Assembly: GCF_006345805.1 (NCBI RefSeq)
Contig: NC_043014.1
Span: 32,054,001-32,118,000 of the forward strand
DNA length: 64,000 bases
DNA from: Octopus sinensis
Lineage: Eukaryota
Reading direction: 5' to 3'
Shown: piece by piece, positions 12,292 to 24,758 of the stretch
Layout: every line of letters begins with the position of its first letter
How positions within the stretch are numbered: position 1 is the stretch's first letter
Position numbers and translations under genes: made by a program
The notes under the pieces: model-generated
Databases searched by the model: none
What the model was told of the DNA's origin: nothing
Seen by the model: the letters and a program-made list of their open reading frames with translations, nothing else

Positions 12292-12731
12292 TCAGGTCAT
12301 CCCATATGTTCTGTCCGAATTTTGAATAAAGAAAACAAATGATCAAATGTTATATTTAATTGAAATTTAATCATCAATGTACTTTCCCTGATTATCTATG
12401 ACTTCCTTCCAGCTATTTACAAGCTTTTTAATCCCATCAATGTAAAACTCTTTTGGTTTCAAAGCGAAGAACTCTGAATTGTCAGTTTCGACCTCCTCCT
12501 GGCTTGTTAAAGTTATGTCTCCTAAATGATTCTGTAAACTATGAAACAAATGGTAGTCTGAAAGAGCAAGGTCGGGAGAATAAGGTGGATGAGGAATTTT
12601 TTCCCAACCAAACTAATTTTTATTTCCATTAGACATTCTAATTTTAATTCCATTAGACATTCTAAAATAGTATTAAATTTCATTCAATTTTAAAAAAGGT
12701 AAAATCGGACAAAACTTATGGGATGACCTGA
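12292..12731 (-). mobile_element. Internally deleted mariner element with both TIRs
   Basis: TIRs TCAGGTCATCCCATATGTTCTGTCCGA / TCGGACAAAACTTATGGGATGACCTGA flanked by TA; keeps transposase C-terminus HPPYSPDLALSDYHLFHSLQNHL...GIKKLVNSWKEVIDNQGKYIDD. Confidence 0.9.
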
Positions 12732-12781
12732 TATATGTATATATATGTATCTATGTAATGTGTATGTATACGAAGCTATGT

Positions 12782-13107
12782 GAAGGTGCATAGCTCTGTG
12801 GTTAGAGTGTCGAGCCCACAATCATGAGGTTATGAGTTTGATTCCCAGACAGGGCTGTTTGTTATGCTCTTGAGCAAGACACTTTATTTCATGTGGCTCC
12901 AGTTCACTCAGCTGTAGAAATGAGTTGCAGCATCACTGGTGCCAAGCTGTATTGGCCTTGCCTTTCCCTTGGATAACATTGGTGGTGTGGTATGCATGGG
13001 CGACTGCTGGTCTTCCTTAAACAATCTTGCCTGGACTTGTGTCTCAGAGGGAAACTTTCTCAGCATAATCCAATGGTCATTTATGACTAAAGGGGGTCCT
13101 AACCCTT
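12782..13107 (+). mobile_element. tRNA-derived SINE family D, full length
   Basis: A/B boxes, CTTGAGCAAGACACTTTATTTCA core; colinear with 14784-15120. Confidence 0.9.
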
Positions 13108-13128
13108 TTATGTGTGTGTGTGTGTGTG

Positions 13129-13167
<39 letters not shown>

Positions 13168-13267
13168 CAGCGGTGGTGCCCCAGCATGGCCGCGGCCTTT
13201 GGGCTAAAACATTTTTAAGGATTTAAGGATTATATATATATACATATATACATATACATATACATAT

Positions 13268-13520
13268 GCCTGTGCACACCTTTCAATGCAATGTATGCCA
13301 GAAGGTCTGCAAATTTAAAGTAGGCCTCACAATACATTTTAAGATCCACAAAGATCAGAACTTAACTGCAGCGTTTGGTGGTCCAAATTGGACATGCAAT
13401 CTATGTGGGTGTCTTTTCAAAATATTGTCTGGTTTAAAAAGCCACATCAGATGTCAATATGGTTCTAAGGTGTAGGTACACGAGGTGGTCAAACTCTGCA
13501 TAAGGAATAGACAACCATCA
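13268..13520 (+). mobile_element. LINE 3' end (probably RTE clade) with two C2H2 zinc-finger motifs
   Basis: FQCNVCQKVCKFKVGLTIHFKIH and CNLCGCLFKILSGLKSHIR, ending ACAACCATCA(TA)n; similar C-terminal finger in 60790-61290. Confidence 0.6.
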
Positions 13521-13537
13521 TATATATATATATATAG

Positions 13538-13912
13538 TAAGCAATAAAGGGTTTAGCAACGAATTGCCTTACCACAGACCGAATTTAGAAATAGCAGTCA
13601 AAGAGTTATAGCTATTTCTTCTACTAAAAAGGGAGATCTCAGTAAAAAACACAGCAATTGGAAGGCAGACACAAACAGGTAAGAGAGAATGAATTGACGG
13701 CAATCTATCATACAATTTTAAGTTATCTACGGACGCACGTTTCGAAATCAAGTTTTTAGGAAAGCATAAGAATTAAATATTAAATAATTCTACCTTACCC
13801 AAACTTCTTTTCTCTTCAGCGTAGAATACTATAATCATAAATGATTATATATTGAATTTTGAGATACTATAAGGCACCAACTCAACTCAGTATCAGAGCG
13901 AGCTAGAATCCG
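13538..13912 (-). mobile_element. Penelope-like pLTR-type fragment between TA tracts
   Basis: Non-repetitive block bounded by (TA)n and containing a complete hammerhead fold. Confidence 0.55.
13726..13825 (-). ncRNA. Type I hammerhead ribozyme, canonical core, 61-nt loop II
   Basis: Minus strand: TCTACG-CTGAAGA-GAAA-[61 nt]-TTTC-GAAA-CGTGCG-TC-CGTAGA; stems I, II and III complementary; GUC cleavage triplet. Confidence 0.75.
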
Positions 13913-13916
13913 CATA

Positions 13917-13952
<36 letters not shown>

Positions 13953-13962
13953 TGTATGTATG

Positions 13963-14012
<50 letters not shown>

Positions 14013-14372
14013 AGTGTGAGAACATTTTGTAAACAAACTTAGAGGCAGTAGGTGAGTTCCCATCTTCTCAGGGTATTTAGCCAATTTTCTAAGTTGTTTT
14101 CATGGCCATTCTGTGTTTGAGAATTCTTGTATTTTACACACACACACACACACACATCCACAAATGAGTTCAAAGGGATGTATAATGTTGGTAATTACTG
14201 TGTTTTCTCTGAAATCAGTTTTATATGGTAGCTCACCACAGCAAACATTTGGTGATACTCAAATTAACAATAAGTTGAAACGTGCATGGGTTGATGAAAG
14301 AATGCTGTAATTAACTGTTTAATAAAGTTACAGATGTGGAAAAAACCTCCATTCTCCTGATCATTATTAATG

Positions 14373-14402
<30 letters not shown>

Positions 14403-14404
<2 letters not shown>

Positions 14405-14590
14405 TATATTAAATTAGAGACAAAACCACTATTAGGCAAATCATACAATGAAAAACTTAAGCCAATACTTAAGATTATTAATTTAATTTAATTTATATTA
14501 ATAATATAAATTAAATAATCTTATGTATTGGCTTAAGTTTTTCATTGTATGATTTGCCTAATAGTGGTTTTGTCTCTAATTTAATATAAT
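14403..14590. repeat. Near-perfect ~190-bp palindrome within a TA-flanked block
   Basis: ATTATATTAAATTAGAGACAAAACCACTATTAGGCAAATCATACAATGAAAAACTTAAGCCAATAC and its exact reverse complement. Confidence 0.95.
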
Positions 14591-14687
14591 ATAATATTTT
14601 ACTATAAAATTGGATTCAATCCTAAATCTGATTTTTCCCTGTAAGTTTGGATTTATTCCCTAATATTTATTATTATTATTATATATA

Positions 14688-14775
<88 letters not shown>

Positions 14776-14783
14776 CATATATG

Positions 14784-15120
14784 TGAAGGTGCATGGCTCA
14801 GTGGTTAGAGTATCGAGCTTACGATCACAAGGTTGTGAGTTCGGATCCTGGACTGGGCTGTGTGTTGTGTTCTTGAGCATGACACTTTATTTCACATTGC
14901 TCCAGTTCACTCAGCTCTAGAAATGAGTTGCAGTGTCACAGGTGCCAAGCTGTATCAGCCTTTGCCTTTCCCTTGGATAACACTGGTAGCATGGAGAGGG
15001 GAGGCCGGTATGCATGGGCGACTGCTGGTCTTCCATAAAACAACTTTGCCCGGACTTGTTCCTGGGAGGGTAACTTTCTAGGTGCAATCCCATGGTCAGT
15101 CATGAAAGAAGGGGATCTTA
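14784..15120 (+). mobile_element. tRNA-derived SINE family D, full length
   Basis: GAAGGTGCATGGCTCAGTGGTTAGAG A box, GAGTTCGGATCC B box; colinear with 12782-13107. Confidence 0.9.
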
Positions 15121-15583
15121 GCATATATATATATATATTTACCATCACAAAGGAAACAATCTCTTCATGGTTAAGTTGAGGAGCTTACACCACAGAATAA
15201 AGAACATGCACATCTTTTCTCTTTATAATATAAAGGTTTTACAGCTTGTTATCATTGGTAGCTATATACAGAGTTATTTCATTTTTTTTAGCAATCGTCA
15301 GTATGGCATAACTTTGAGATAAATAAATTAAGCTAAATTCAACATTCTAAAAAGATTCTTATAAAGAAAAAATTAGTTCATAGTGTTATTTTTTTTAAAA
15401 AAGGCACTGTTGATTTATTTTCCTTCCTAATTCATTAACTGTGTAGCATTAAAAAAAGAGAGAGCAAGAGAGAGAAATAGAGGGAGAGGGAGGAAGGAAT
15501 ATTTTTACAAGCAGTCCAAATTCTTCAAGAAAAAGGTCTGCCTTGCAACTGCGTTCTTTATTCCAGAATGGAAGACTTGTGAA

Positions 15584-15757
15584 ATGATGACAGTTATGAT
15601 GATGATGGTGGTGATGATGATGATGATGATGATGGTGATGATAATGGTGATGACGAGGATGATCATCATGATGGCAATGATGATGATAACGATGATGATG
15701 ATGATTATAATGGTGGTGACAACAATGAGGATTATGATGGTGATGATGATAATGATA

Positions 15758-15789
<32 letters not shown>

Positions 15790-15986
15790 AACAATGGTGA
15801 CGGCAATGAGGATTATGACGACGACGACGATGATGATGAACATGGTGATGATGTTGATGATGATGATAACAATGATGATGATGATGATGATAATGACGAA
15901 CATGATGATGACGTTAACGATGACAATAATGATCACGATGTTGATGATGATGACGACGACGACGACGATGATAATGAATATGATAG

Positions 15987-16027
<41 letters not shown>

Positions 16028-16056
16028 GTGACGATGACAACGACGATGATGACGAT
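15584..16056. repeat. (GAT)n cryptic trinucleotide array
   Basis: About 470 bp of GAT/GAC/GGT/AAT triplets. Confidence 0.95.
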
Positions 16057-16767
16057 TAATTGGCTTTTTAATATTTCAACATGTGGGTTTTTTTCAGCTA
16101 CAAAAGACTTAATGAATGCTCAGCTCAGTGAATAGAAATCTATGTAAAACTGTAATCACTAATGAAATCTCTCTCAAAAACTGCCTAATACCTAGCATTT
16201 ATAGGGAATAAGAGGATTCTAGTTGTTTTTGTTGTTGCTATTAATGGTTTCTTGTTGCTTATTACTGGTGCTGCATCACCTCAGTTTAGTTCTCATCAAG
16301 CAGATCAGTGATCAATGATGCTCTAACCACGACCATCATTTCTTTTTAAATGATATAGTGAAGCAAATCATTTTAGTCCATTTTATCTTATGATTTATTA
16401 AGGACTGCCGTAAAAGCAGTAATACATGCAAACTTTTCAGCTAGCTCCTGTGGAGGGCTAATTGGGCCTGTGATCCAAAACTAAAGAGAGATGAACAGCA
16501 TGACTATAACACATCTATAATGACTATATGCCCTGGTGGTGCTTGATCAGGGGTTAAGGAGGGATGAGGATTAATTCTGTAATGCAATCATTCTAGTGTT
16601 CCAGTCCCAAGTTGAATTTTTTTTTATTTTGTTAAGGCATAGTATACCTAGGTACGCACTATGAAAAATGACATTCCTCTTTTAAACAGTAATAGGGTGT
16701 TATTCAAAGTCAACAGTATAATTGTGAAGAACACATCAATGTCAGCGTCACTGTATTTTCCATTATC

Positions 16768-17030
16768 TTCCCTCCTCCTCCTCCTCCTCCTCATCATCAT
16801 CATCATCATCCACTATTATTGTTGCCATCATTGTCGTTATCATCACCACCACCATCATCATCATTGTCTACTATCATCATTGTCATCATCATCATCATCT
16901 CCATCATCATCTACTATCATCACCACCAACACCACCATCATAATCATCATCATCCACCGCCACCCCGACCCCCACCCCATCATCATCATCATCACTATCA
17001 TCATTCTTCATCCACTACCATCTCATCATT
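16768..17030. repeat. (CAT/CCT/CAC)n cryptic array
   Basis: Direct inspection. Confidence 0.9.
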
Positions 17031-17183
17031 GCCCTTATCCATCAGCCTTCTTACAAACTAAATATCCAGATAGATGCTGAGCTATAGCTTTTAGTAGTCC
17101 ATCAGTTAAACAGTATAGACACAGGATTAAGGCCCTCACCTAACACATTTTGGGGTATTGCATAGCAGAATAGGTGGAGCACT

Positions 17184-17416
17184 AAGGCTGTGAGCTGCAG
17201 AAACATTAGCATGCCAGGTGAAATGCTTTGCAGTATTTTGTCTGCCGCTACGTTCTGACTTCAAATTCTGTTGAGGTTGACTTTGCTTTTCATCCTTTTG
17301 GGGTCAATTAAATAAGTACCAGTTACACACTGGGGTCGATATAATCAACTTAATTCGTTTGTCTGTTCTTGTTTGTCCTCTCTGTGTGTAGCCCCTTGTG
17401 GGCAGTAAAGAAATAA
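17184..17416 (+). mobile_element. SINE family B monomer with TSD
   Basis: Full body; AGAATAG(G/C)TGGAGCAC duplicated at 17167-17182 and 17417-17432. Confidence 0.9.
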
Positions 17417-18026
17417 GAATAGCTGGAGCACCCTGCTGTTTAGTTATGTCTCTCTTTAAAGTTCATATTAACTATTGTCCTTCAGGAGCCAATAAATTAA
17501 ATACCAGTAAAATGCTGGTGCTTTATTGAAAATGAGTTTATCTACCCAACACTCAGATCAAAATTACAAACTCGAATCAATGTTAAAGACCAATTGTTGT
17601 TGTTATTGTTGCTGTTCCTGTAATCATGTTTAAGTGTGGGCATGTATACATGGTGCCTTCGCTTGTCTATGAGTATATTTGTGATAATGTGTGTATGCAT
17701 GAATGTGTGCACAGATCCATTTGTATATGAATATACAAGTGAGTCTGTATTTGCGTACGTTTTTTTGTTTATGTATGTATCCGAGTATATGTGCGTGCAT
17801 GTGTGAATGTGACTGCATGTGTATTTGCTTGTGTGAGGTTGGGTTGGTGCATGTGTGTATGCATGTGTGGGTTCCCCCTGTATCACTACACAGTATATAT
17901 TTAATAGCTAACTACCACATTATAAACAGATTTTGAAACAGCTTCAAAAGGGTTTATTAGAAATTGAATGTATACACACATGAATACTTACATATATATA
18001 TATAAAAAACAATGTTTGCATGCAAG

Positions 18027-18074
<48 letters not shown>

Positions 18075-18419
18075 TATATAAATATATGTGCATAATCATG
18101 CATACAAACGTAATCGCATATATATTTAATGTATAAACACGTGTATACATAACATATACACAATATTGATTGAATCTTAATGTTTCAAAGAATTTGATTT
18201 AAATAAAGTATAAAATGTTGTTGATAATAATATATAAACCCACACATAATATATACACAATAATAGCATCTCAAATATTTCTCATCCCTACACATTCCCG
18301 TTGACATGTTCATACATATATTTATATTATATATATCTGTGTGTGTGTGTGTGTGAGTGTGCATGCATGTGTCTGTGTGTTTGATAATACTCATACATAT
18401 GCACACTCACATACAGACA

Positions 18420-18690
18420 TACATCCATGCATGTATATGTATGTATGGATGTATAATGTATATGTAAAATTCACACACACACATATATACATACATACAT
18501 ATATATATATATATATGTAGGTCCCGGGTTATATATAAAATATATATAAAATAAAACGATATAAATATATATATATATATATTATATTATATATATATGT
18601 ATGTATATATGTATATATACATAACTACATATATATATATATATACATATCTACATATATACATACATACATACATACATGCATACATAC

Positions 18691-18747
<57 letters not shown>

Positions 18748-18965
18748 ATATGTATATATATATATCTATATATATATATGGATATATATATATATATATG
18801 TGGATATATATATATATCCATAAATACATTTATATATTTATTCATGTAAACACGCATATATACATATATGCTTACATATATATACATGTATACATATATA
18901 TATATACTCACACATACATATATGTATATACGTATCTATGCATACACACACATACATAGATAGAT
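18420..18965. repeat. Degenerate (TA)n/(TACA)n microsatellite field
   Basis: Direct inspection. Confidence 0.9.
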
Positions 18966-19606
18966 AATGTGCATTCATACTAAATATTCCCTCACAATAC
19001 GCATACAAACGTAATGTTGTATACATGATAGCTAAACATGTACACAACTGTCCTAATTTGAATTAATTAAGAACGTTCCTTTGTTGCATTTCAAAACATT
19101 TTATAGATCTCAAAAGATTTATCAATATGGGAATTTGAAATCATTATTTTTAATGAATTTAAAGAATAATGTAGGCACATTGTATATGTGTATATGTGCA
19201 TATGAATATGTATATATGAATATATATGCACAATCACACACAAATACACGTATTTATATACACACACATATATATATTTTTATACGTATTTATATACATT
19301 TATAAATGCACACACATGCACATACACACATACATATATACATACATTTATTGTTTAATATACTGACACATATATAAAGATAAGTGTTACAAATGAAAGA
19401 AAAGGGCACCCAACACAGGCTCTTGAGTTATGAGGATTGATGTTCATGTTTTACATCTGTGAAACATTTAGTAATGCAGTTCCAAGTCAAACTGTTAAAA
19501 CAAGCATGTGTGTGTGTGTGCATACATTCATATACATTTACTCTCTCTATATATATTTACTATTGATGTATACATATACATCTTATATATATATATTTTT
19601 ACATGT

Positions 19607-19920
19607 ATCAAAATAAGCAACAAGAATGACTCCGGTAATTTGGTACGATCGTTTCGTACCTCATCATTTATTAATGTATAATGGAAAACCTCTATAATTG
19701 GCTGATGAGTACTCAGCATCTTAAATCTGTTGTAATACTTACAATATTTAATAAAATGATGTAGTACGAAAATGTCGTACCAAATTACCGGAGTCATTCT
19801 TGTTGCTTATTTTGATTATAATCACCCCACGGATTTTTATGGATAACACCATTCAAAATTCTGGTGCATCTAAATTAAGTACCATATTCATTTGAATCTA
19901 AATTTTTGCTGAACTTATAT
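19607..19920 (+). mobile_element. Penelope-like pLTR-type fragment with inverted partial duplication
   Basis: 19607-19672 is the reverse complement of about 19749-19816; contains a hammerhead; TA-flanked. Confidence 0.6.
19698..19783 (+). ncRNA. Type I hammerhead ribozyme fold, 49-nt loop II, stem III decayed
   Basis: TTGG-CTGATGA-GTACT-[49 nt]-AGTAC-GAAA-ATGTCG-TA-CCAA; the inverted copy keeps a palindromic stem III GAAACGATCGTA. Confidence 0.65.
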
Positions 19921-19954
19921 TTACATGTAGATATATTATATATATACAAACTAT

Positions 19955-19997
19955 AATAATGATTATAATAATAATGATAATAATAATGATGATAATC

Positions 19998-20030
<33 letters not shown>

Positions 20031-20052
20031 GTAATAATAATAATGATAATAA
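19955..20052. repeat. (TAA)n microsatellite
   Basis: Direct inspection; abuts the 3' end of an R4/Dong-like element. Confidence 0.95.
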
Positions 20053-20054
20053 TT

Positions 20055-20897
20055 TTTATTATTGCCCTTGCACAGATCCTAACGGTGGAGATGTACTATG
20101 GTGTCAGCTGTTCACAACCAGTGAACTAAGGTAACACTTCTTATTTTTTGAGCACCTTCTGGAGTATTCGAGCGGTTCCAAGCAGTGTTGTTTTCTGAAA
20201 GTGCTTCATCCTTATTGCTGCCCCTATTTGTTCCAGGTACTTCTTGAGATTTTAACTCACTGTTCCCAGGGCTCCGACAATTATTGGTACCACTACCACC
20301 TTTTTCATCGACCACAACTGCTTAACCTCCCAAGCTAACCTGTCATACCTATTGACTTTTCTTTCTTCCTTATCGCATACCTTGTTGTCAGATGGGCATG
20401 CTATATCTATGATCCAGCATAGTTTGGTTTCTTTCTCAATTAAGACTATATCTGGCTTCCTGTTCTCTATCTCATGGTCACACTGAATCATAAAATCTCA
20501 CAGGATCTTTGCATTATTATTTTTGATGATGCCTGCCGGTTTGTGGTCGTACCAGTTTGTTCCTCTTTCAAGTCCATACTTGTTGCAAAATATCCAATGA
20601 ACAATTCTTGCTATATTGTTATAGCATCTCTTATATTCTTTCTGGGCTAGTGGCATACATTAACTGGTAATATGCCATACGCTTTCACCATTTTGTCCAC
20701 AGATTCTGCACTTATCACTCTCTGATGTGTTGTCTACTTTGTATTTTATGTAGTTTGTTTTTAGTGCTTGCTCTTCGGCAGCACAGATTAGAGCCTTCGT
20801 TTCTGGTTTTAAATCACTTTTAGTCATCCACAGCCATCTTTTTTCTCTGTCTGTCTTATCTTCAACATCCTTATGAAATTGTCCATGCATTCTTTTC
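20055..20897 (-). mobile_element. R4/Dong-like RLE-type non-LTR retrotransposon, 5'-truncated, decayed
   Basis: MHGQF...ICAAEEQAL...CRICGQNGESVWHITS (zinc knuckle), RKPDIVLIEK..WIIDIACP..KEERKVNRY (PD-(D/E)xK), PIIVGALGTV. Confidence 0.9.
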
Positions 20898-20904
20898 CAA
20901 GAAT

Positions 20905-21078
20905 AGAGCTTGCCTCAAGTAACGTCGTAACTCATTTCTACAGCTGAGTGAACTGGAGCAACATGAAAAATTAAGTGTCTTGCTCAAGAACACAATACAC
21001 AGCCTAGTCCAGGAAATGAACTCACTATCTCATGATCATGAGCCCAACGCTCTAACCATTGAGCCATGTACCTTCACT
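20905..21078 (-). mobile_element. SINE family D, 5' half
   Basis: Reverse complement of 14784-14930. Confidence 0.85.
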
Positions 21079-21115
21079 CATAATAATGATAATAATGATG
21101 ATGGTAATAATAATA

Positions 21116-21152
<37 letters not shown>

Positions 21153-21319
21153 GAATGGTGACGATGATGATGGTGATGATGATGGTGATGATGATGATGA
21201 TGGACTCACCTGTCAAAGATGATGTATAAATGTTCAGCTTTTGCCAAACAAGTTGCACTATTAGTTTAGCATAAGCACAAAATCTGAAACTTGTGGGGCT
21301 AGGTTACTTGATACCCTTG

Positions 21320-21410
21320 ACTCTAGCACTGGACTAGTACTTTATTTTATCAACCACGAAAGGATGAAAGTTAGGGTTGACCTCATCAAGATTTGATCTC
21401 AGAACATAAA
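21320..21410 (-). mobile_element. SINE family B fragment
   Basis: GAAAGGATGAAAG..TTGACCTC..GATTTGATCTCAGAAC. Confidence 0.55.
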
Positions 21411-23374
21411 GAACTAAGACAAAAGATGTTCTAATATTCTTCTAAATAATAATAATAATCTCTTCTTTATTTGCCACAGAGGCTTGAAAGATATACAAAA
21501 TACAAAACTTCCAATGAAGTGTCACCAAGAAAGAAAAAATATGGATTGTGAAAGTGGTATGAAACAATATATGAATGGGCAAATTCAGATTTTAAATGTG
21601 CATATATTTGTAAGGAAAACATAAAAAAATTAATATGATAAAACACATAATAAGTAAAACAAGGAATAATGAAGAAGAAATATTACATGAAAGAGAACCG
21701 GTTTGATTAATTTTGGGCACTCTATAACCCTAGCCATTAACCAATTTTCTAATTGATCATGAGTGCATCCATCTGCACTAGTAAGCATTTCTTTTAGACA
21801 TTTGGTGTTGAAAAATTTTGACATTTCCAAGGTATGTTGTTTTAAGCTTGTAATGTCTTAGTTTCATTTTTAATAATAACATATTTTTTGCATGTTGCTT
21901 ATGTACTGAAGGTAACTGCTTCTTTTTTGTCATTCTGACTTCTTTGGAAAGTCTATGGCACCATCGAATGATTTTTTTTTATTTTAATCATTTATTTGAT
22001 TTTCAGTGACTCTTATTTCTTCTTCATTGCCTTCATTTTCTTCATTATTTTATTTGTGGTGAAATATTGTTGTCGTGAAGAAATCATTCTTCTTCACTAG
22101 TTTTTCTGCTTTTATGCTGAGTTTCTTTTTCTGAGATATCTTTCTTTTTCTCTTGCTTTTCTTGACAGTATGTAGATTGTCATCTTCAGCTATCATTTAT
22201 TTTTCATCACATGGTGATGGAATAGTACCACTACTTGCAGCTATTCAGAGACAAGATGTTTGTTTATTTCTAATACTAGGTATGAAGGGATTTCTCTTAA
22301 CATTCCCGGAGAATTTTGGCTGATATTGCTCTAGAAAATGGAGTTTATTACTCTGTTTTTGTTTCAGCTGGTTTTCAACATTTGCTTGTTTATTCATTTT
22401 ATTTCTTAGTTTTTCCAATTCTTAAGGGCAATCAATTCTGGAGTGATTCTTACTATGACAAATGTAACAACTAGGTGTTTTTGCTTATTTTGCTCTATAT
22501 CATTGATCTTATGCCATTTGTCTCAATGCCTTCTAATAGACACAGTTCAAGCATGGCTTTGTGGTTTTCAAGGGTCATTAAAACTAGAAGATTGATTTTG
22601 ATGCTCTCTGATAATGTCACTTTTCATTAGACCTGATTAAAAACACTTGTCTTGATTGTGATACAAAATTGATGACTAGCCACAGATCTATGTTACTTAT
22701 ATATCACTCTTGTATTTCTTTGACCCATATAATGAAATACAAATGCATATAGTCAGAGGTGTATCTACTAATTTCAACCAGTGCTTTGGTTATATCTTCA
22801 GTTTTAAAAGTACAATGTATAATGCCATAAGCTTTTGCCTATTTCTGTTGAGGGGATTTTACCCAGTATGTTTTGAAAAGCTTGTATTATTGTTACAATA
22901 ACAGATTTAGTCCACTTCTATCCTTTCATAAGCTGAGGTATTTCATTTTTCTCTTTGCTCTCTCTTGGATTAGCTTCTGAGATAAAGAAATGCTGTTTGG
23001 TAGAGCAAAATTCTCCAACTACAGGTCTAAAAATTTAGTTTTTACAGTTTATTTTAAGGTAAGATTCTCTTTGGCACAAAGACTGTATGAATGAATTATA
23101 GCATTTGACTTCAGGTGAGAATCACCAATTTTTCAAACTTCATCACACATAATTTTAGCAGCAAAAGTAAAATTTGTGATTGAATTCCTTTAGTGAAGTT
23201 TCACTAGCACTTCAAGAGTGCTGCATGAAAGTCACCAGCATATTTCAGAAAAATATCCTTGCTTTGAACAAATATTCTCTTTAACCTTTAGAAACAATGA
23301 AAATATAATTGAGCTATTAATCACTACCTCTAATCCCAATAAAACTACTTTTAGAGTTGTTGAATGCTGCATTT

Positions 23375-23582
23375 ACTCTACTCTTTTACTTGTTTCAGTC
23401 ATTTGACTGTGGCCATGCTGGAGCACCGCCTTTAGTCGAGCAAATCGACCCCAGGACTTATTCTTTGTAAGCCTAGTACTTATTCTATTGGGCTCTTTTG
23501 CCAAACTGGTAAGTTACAGGGACGTAAACACACCACCATTGGTTGCCAAGCGATGTTGGGGAGACAAACACAGATATACAAC

Positions 23583-23613
<31 letters not shown>

Positions 23614-23776
23614 TACGATGGGCTTCTTTCAGTTTCCGTCTACCAAATCCACTCACAAGACTTTGGTCAACCCAAGGCTATAGTAGAAGACACTTGCCCA
23701 AGGTGCCATGCAGTGGGACTGAACCCAGAACCGTGTGGTTTGTAAGCAAGCTACTTACCACACAGCCACTCCTACG
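23375..23776 (-). mobile_element. tRNA-derived SINE family A, full length
   Basis: Reverse complement of 30564-30972. Confidence 0.92.
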
Positions 23777-24134
23777 TCTGTATATATTTTATCAAGTAGT
23801 TAATCCATTTGTTCCATAAAGTTTTCACTCTCACACCATCTCTCTATCTTTATACAACTTTATTTATCCAGCTCCCCACGTATTGTAAACTCCACATTCT
23901 TTAACATTTATTGTATAAATTTGATGTTTTTCTGTGAGCTTGTGTGGCTAATAAAGTACTGGTTATTTGTTATCATTTATTCTTTTTCTTTCAGGTTTTG
24001 CTGTAACTCCTGGAGTCTTGCATGCTTAGAAGGCTTGCCAAAGAGGCAAACCTTTTGTAACAGTTCTACTGGCACTCTATTCCAATTTCCTTTATATTCC
24101 TCACATTGCTTTTATTATTATTATTCATGAGCAG

Positions 24135-24308
24135 GCCAGGCGACGTACTTACTGGTATTTTGTTTCTCTTCATGTTCTGAGTTCAAATTCTACCAAGGAC
24201 TTTTCCTTTCATCATTTCAGGGTCAATAAATTAAGTACCTGTGAAATACTGGAGTTAATATAATCAAATATTCCCCTCTCCATGAATTTCAGACCTTAGT
24301 AGAAAGGA
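24135..24308 (+). mobile_element. SINE family B, decayed
   Basis: TTCTGAGTTCAAATTCTACCAAGG..AATAAATTAAGTACC. Confidence 0.65.
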
Positions 24309-24515
24309 TTATTATTATCATTTATTATTACTCCTCCTCCTCCTCCTCCTCCTCCTACTACTACTACTACTACTACTACTACTATTACTACTACTACTAC
24401 TACTACTATTATTATTATTATTATTATTATGTGTGGCCTAGTGTTAGGGTGTGGCACTCAGGATCATGAAATTATGGTTTCAGTTCCTAGACCAGGAACT
24501 TTTTTCCCCCTTAAC

Positions 24516-24694
24516 ACATACCTTGTTATCAGCTGGGCATGCTATATCTATGATCCAGAATCATTTGCTTTCTTTCTCAATTAACACAATGTTTTCGTAT
24601 TCTTTATCTCATGGTCGCACTGAATCATAAAATCCCTTAGGGTCTTCTTTACATTATCCTTTTTGATGATGCCTTCAGGTTTATGTTCGTACCA
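24516..24694 (-). mobile_element. R4/Dong-like internal fragment next to (TTA)n
   Basis: Colinear with 20375-20554 (GGGCATGCTATATCTATGATCCAG...CACTGAATCATAAAATC). Confidence 0.8.
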
Positions 24695-24715
24695 TTATTA
24701 TTATTATTATTATCC

Positions 24716-24758
<43 letters not shown>

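Noticed and set aside
14784-14856. tRNA gene-like sequence
   Set aside because: It is the tRNA-derived head of a SINE, continuous with the SINE body; no proper acceptor stem
15505-16135. Poly-Met / poly-Ile ORFs
   Set aside because: Artefacts of a (GAT)n array
21440-23370. Possible very old LINE remnant on the minus strand
   Set aside because: Only faint resemblance to the R4-like 3' region; no motif I can support without a profile search
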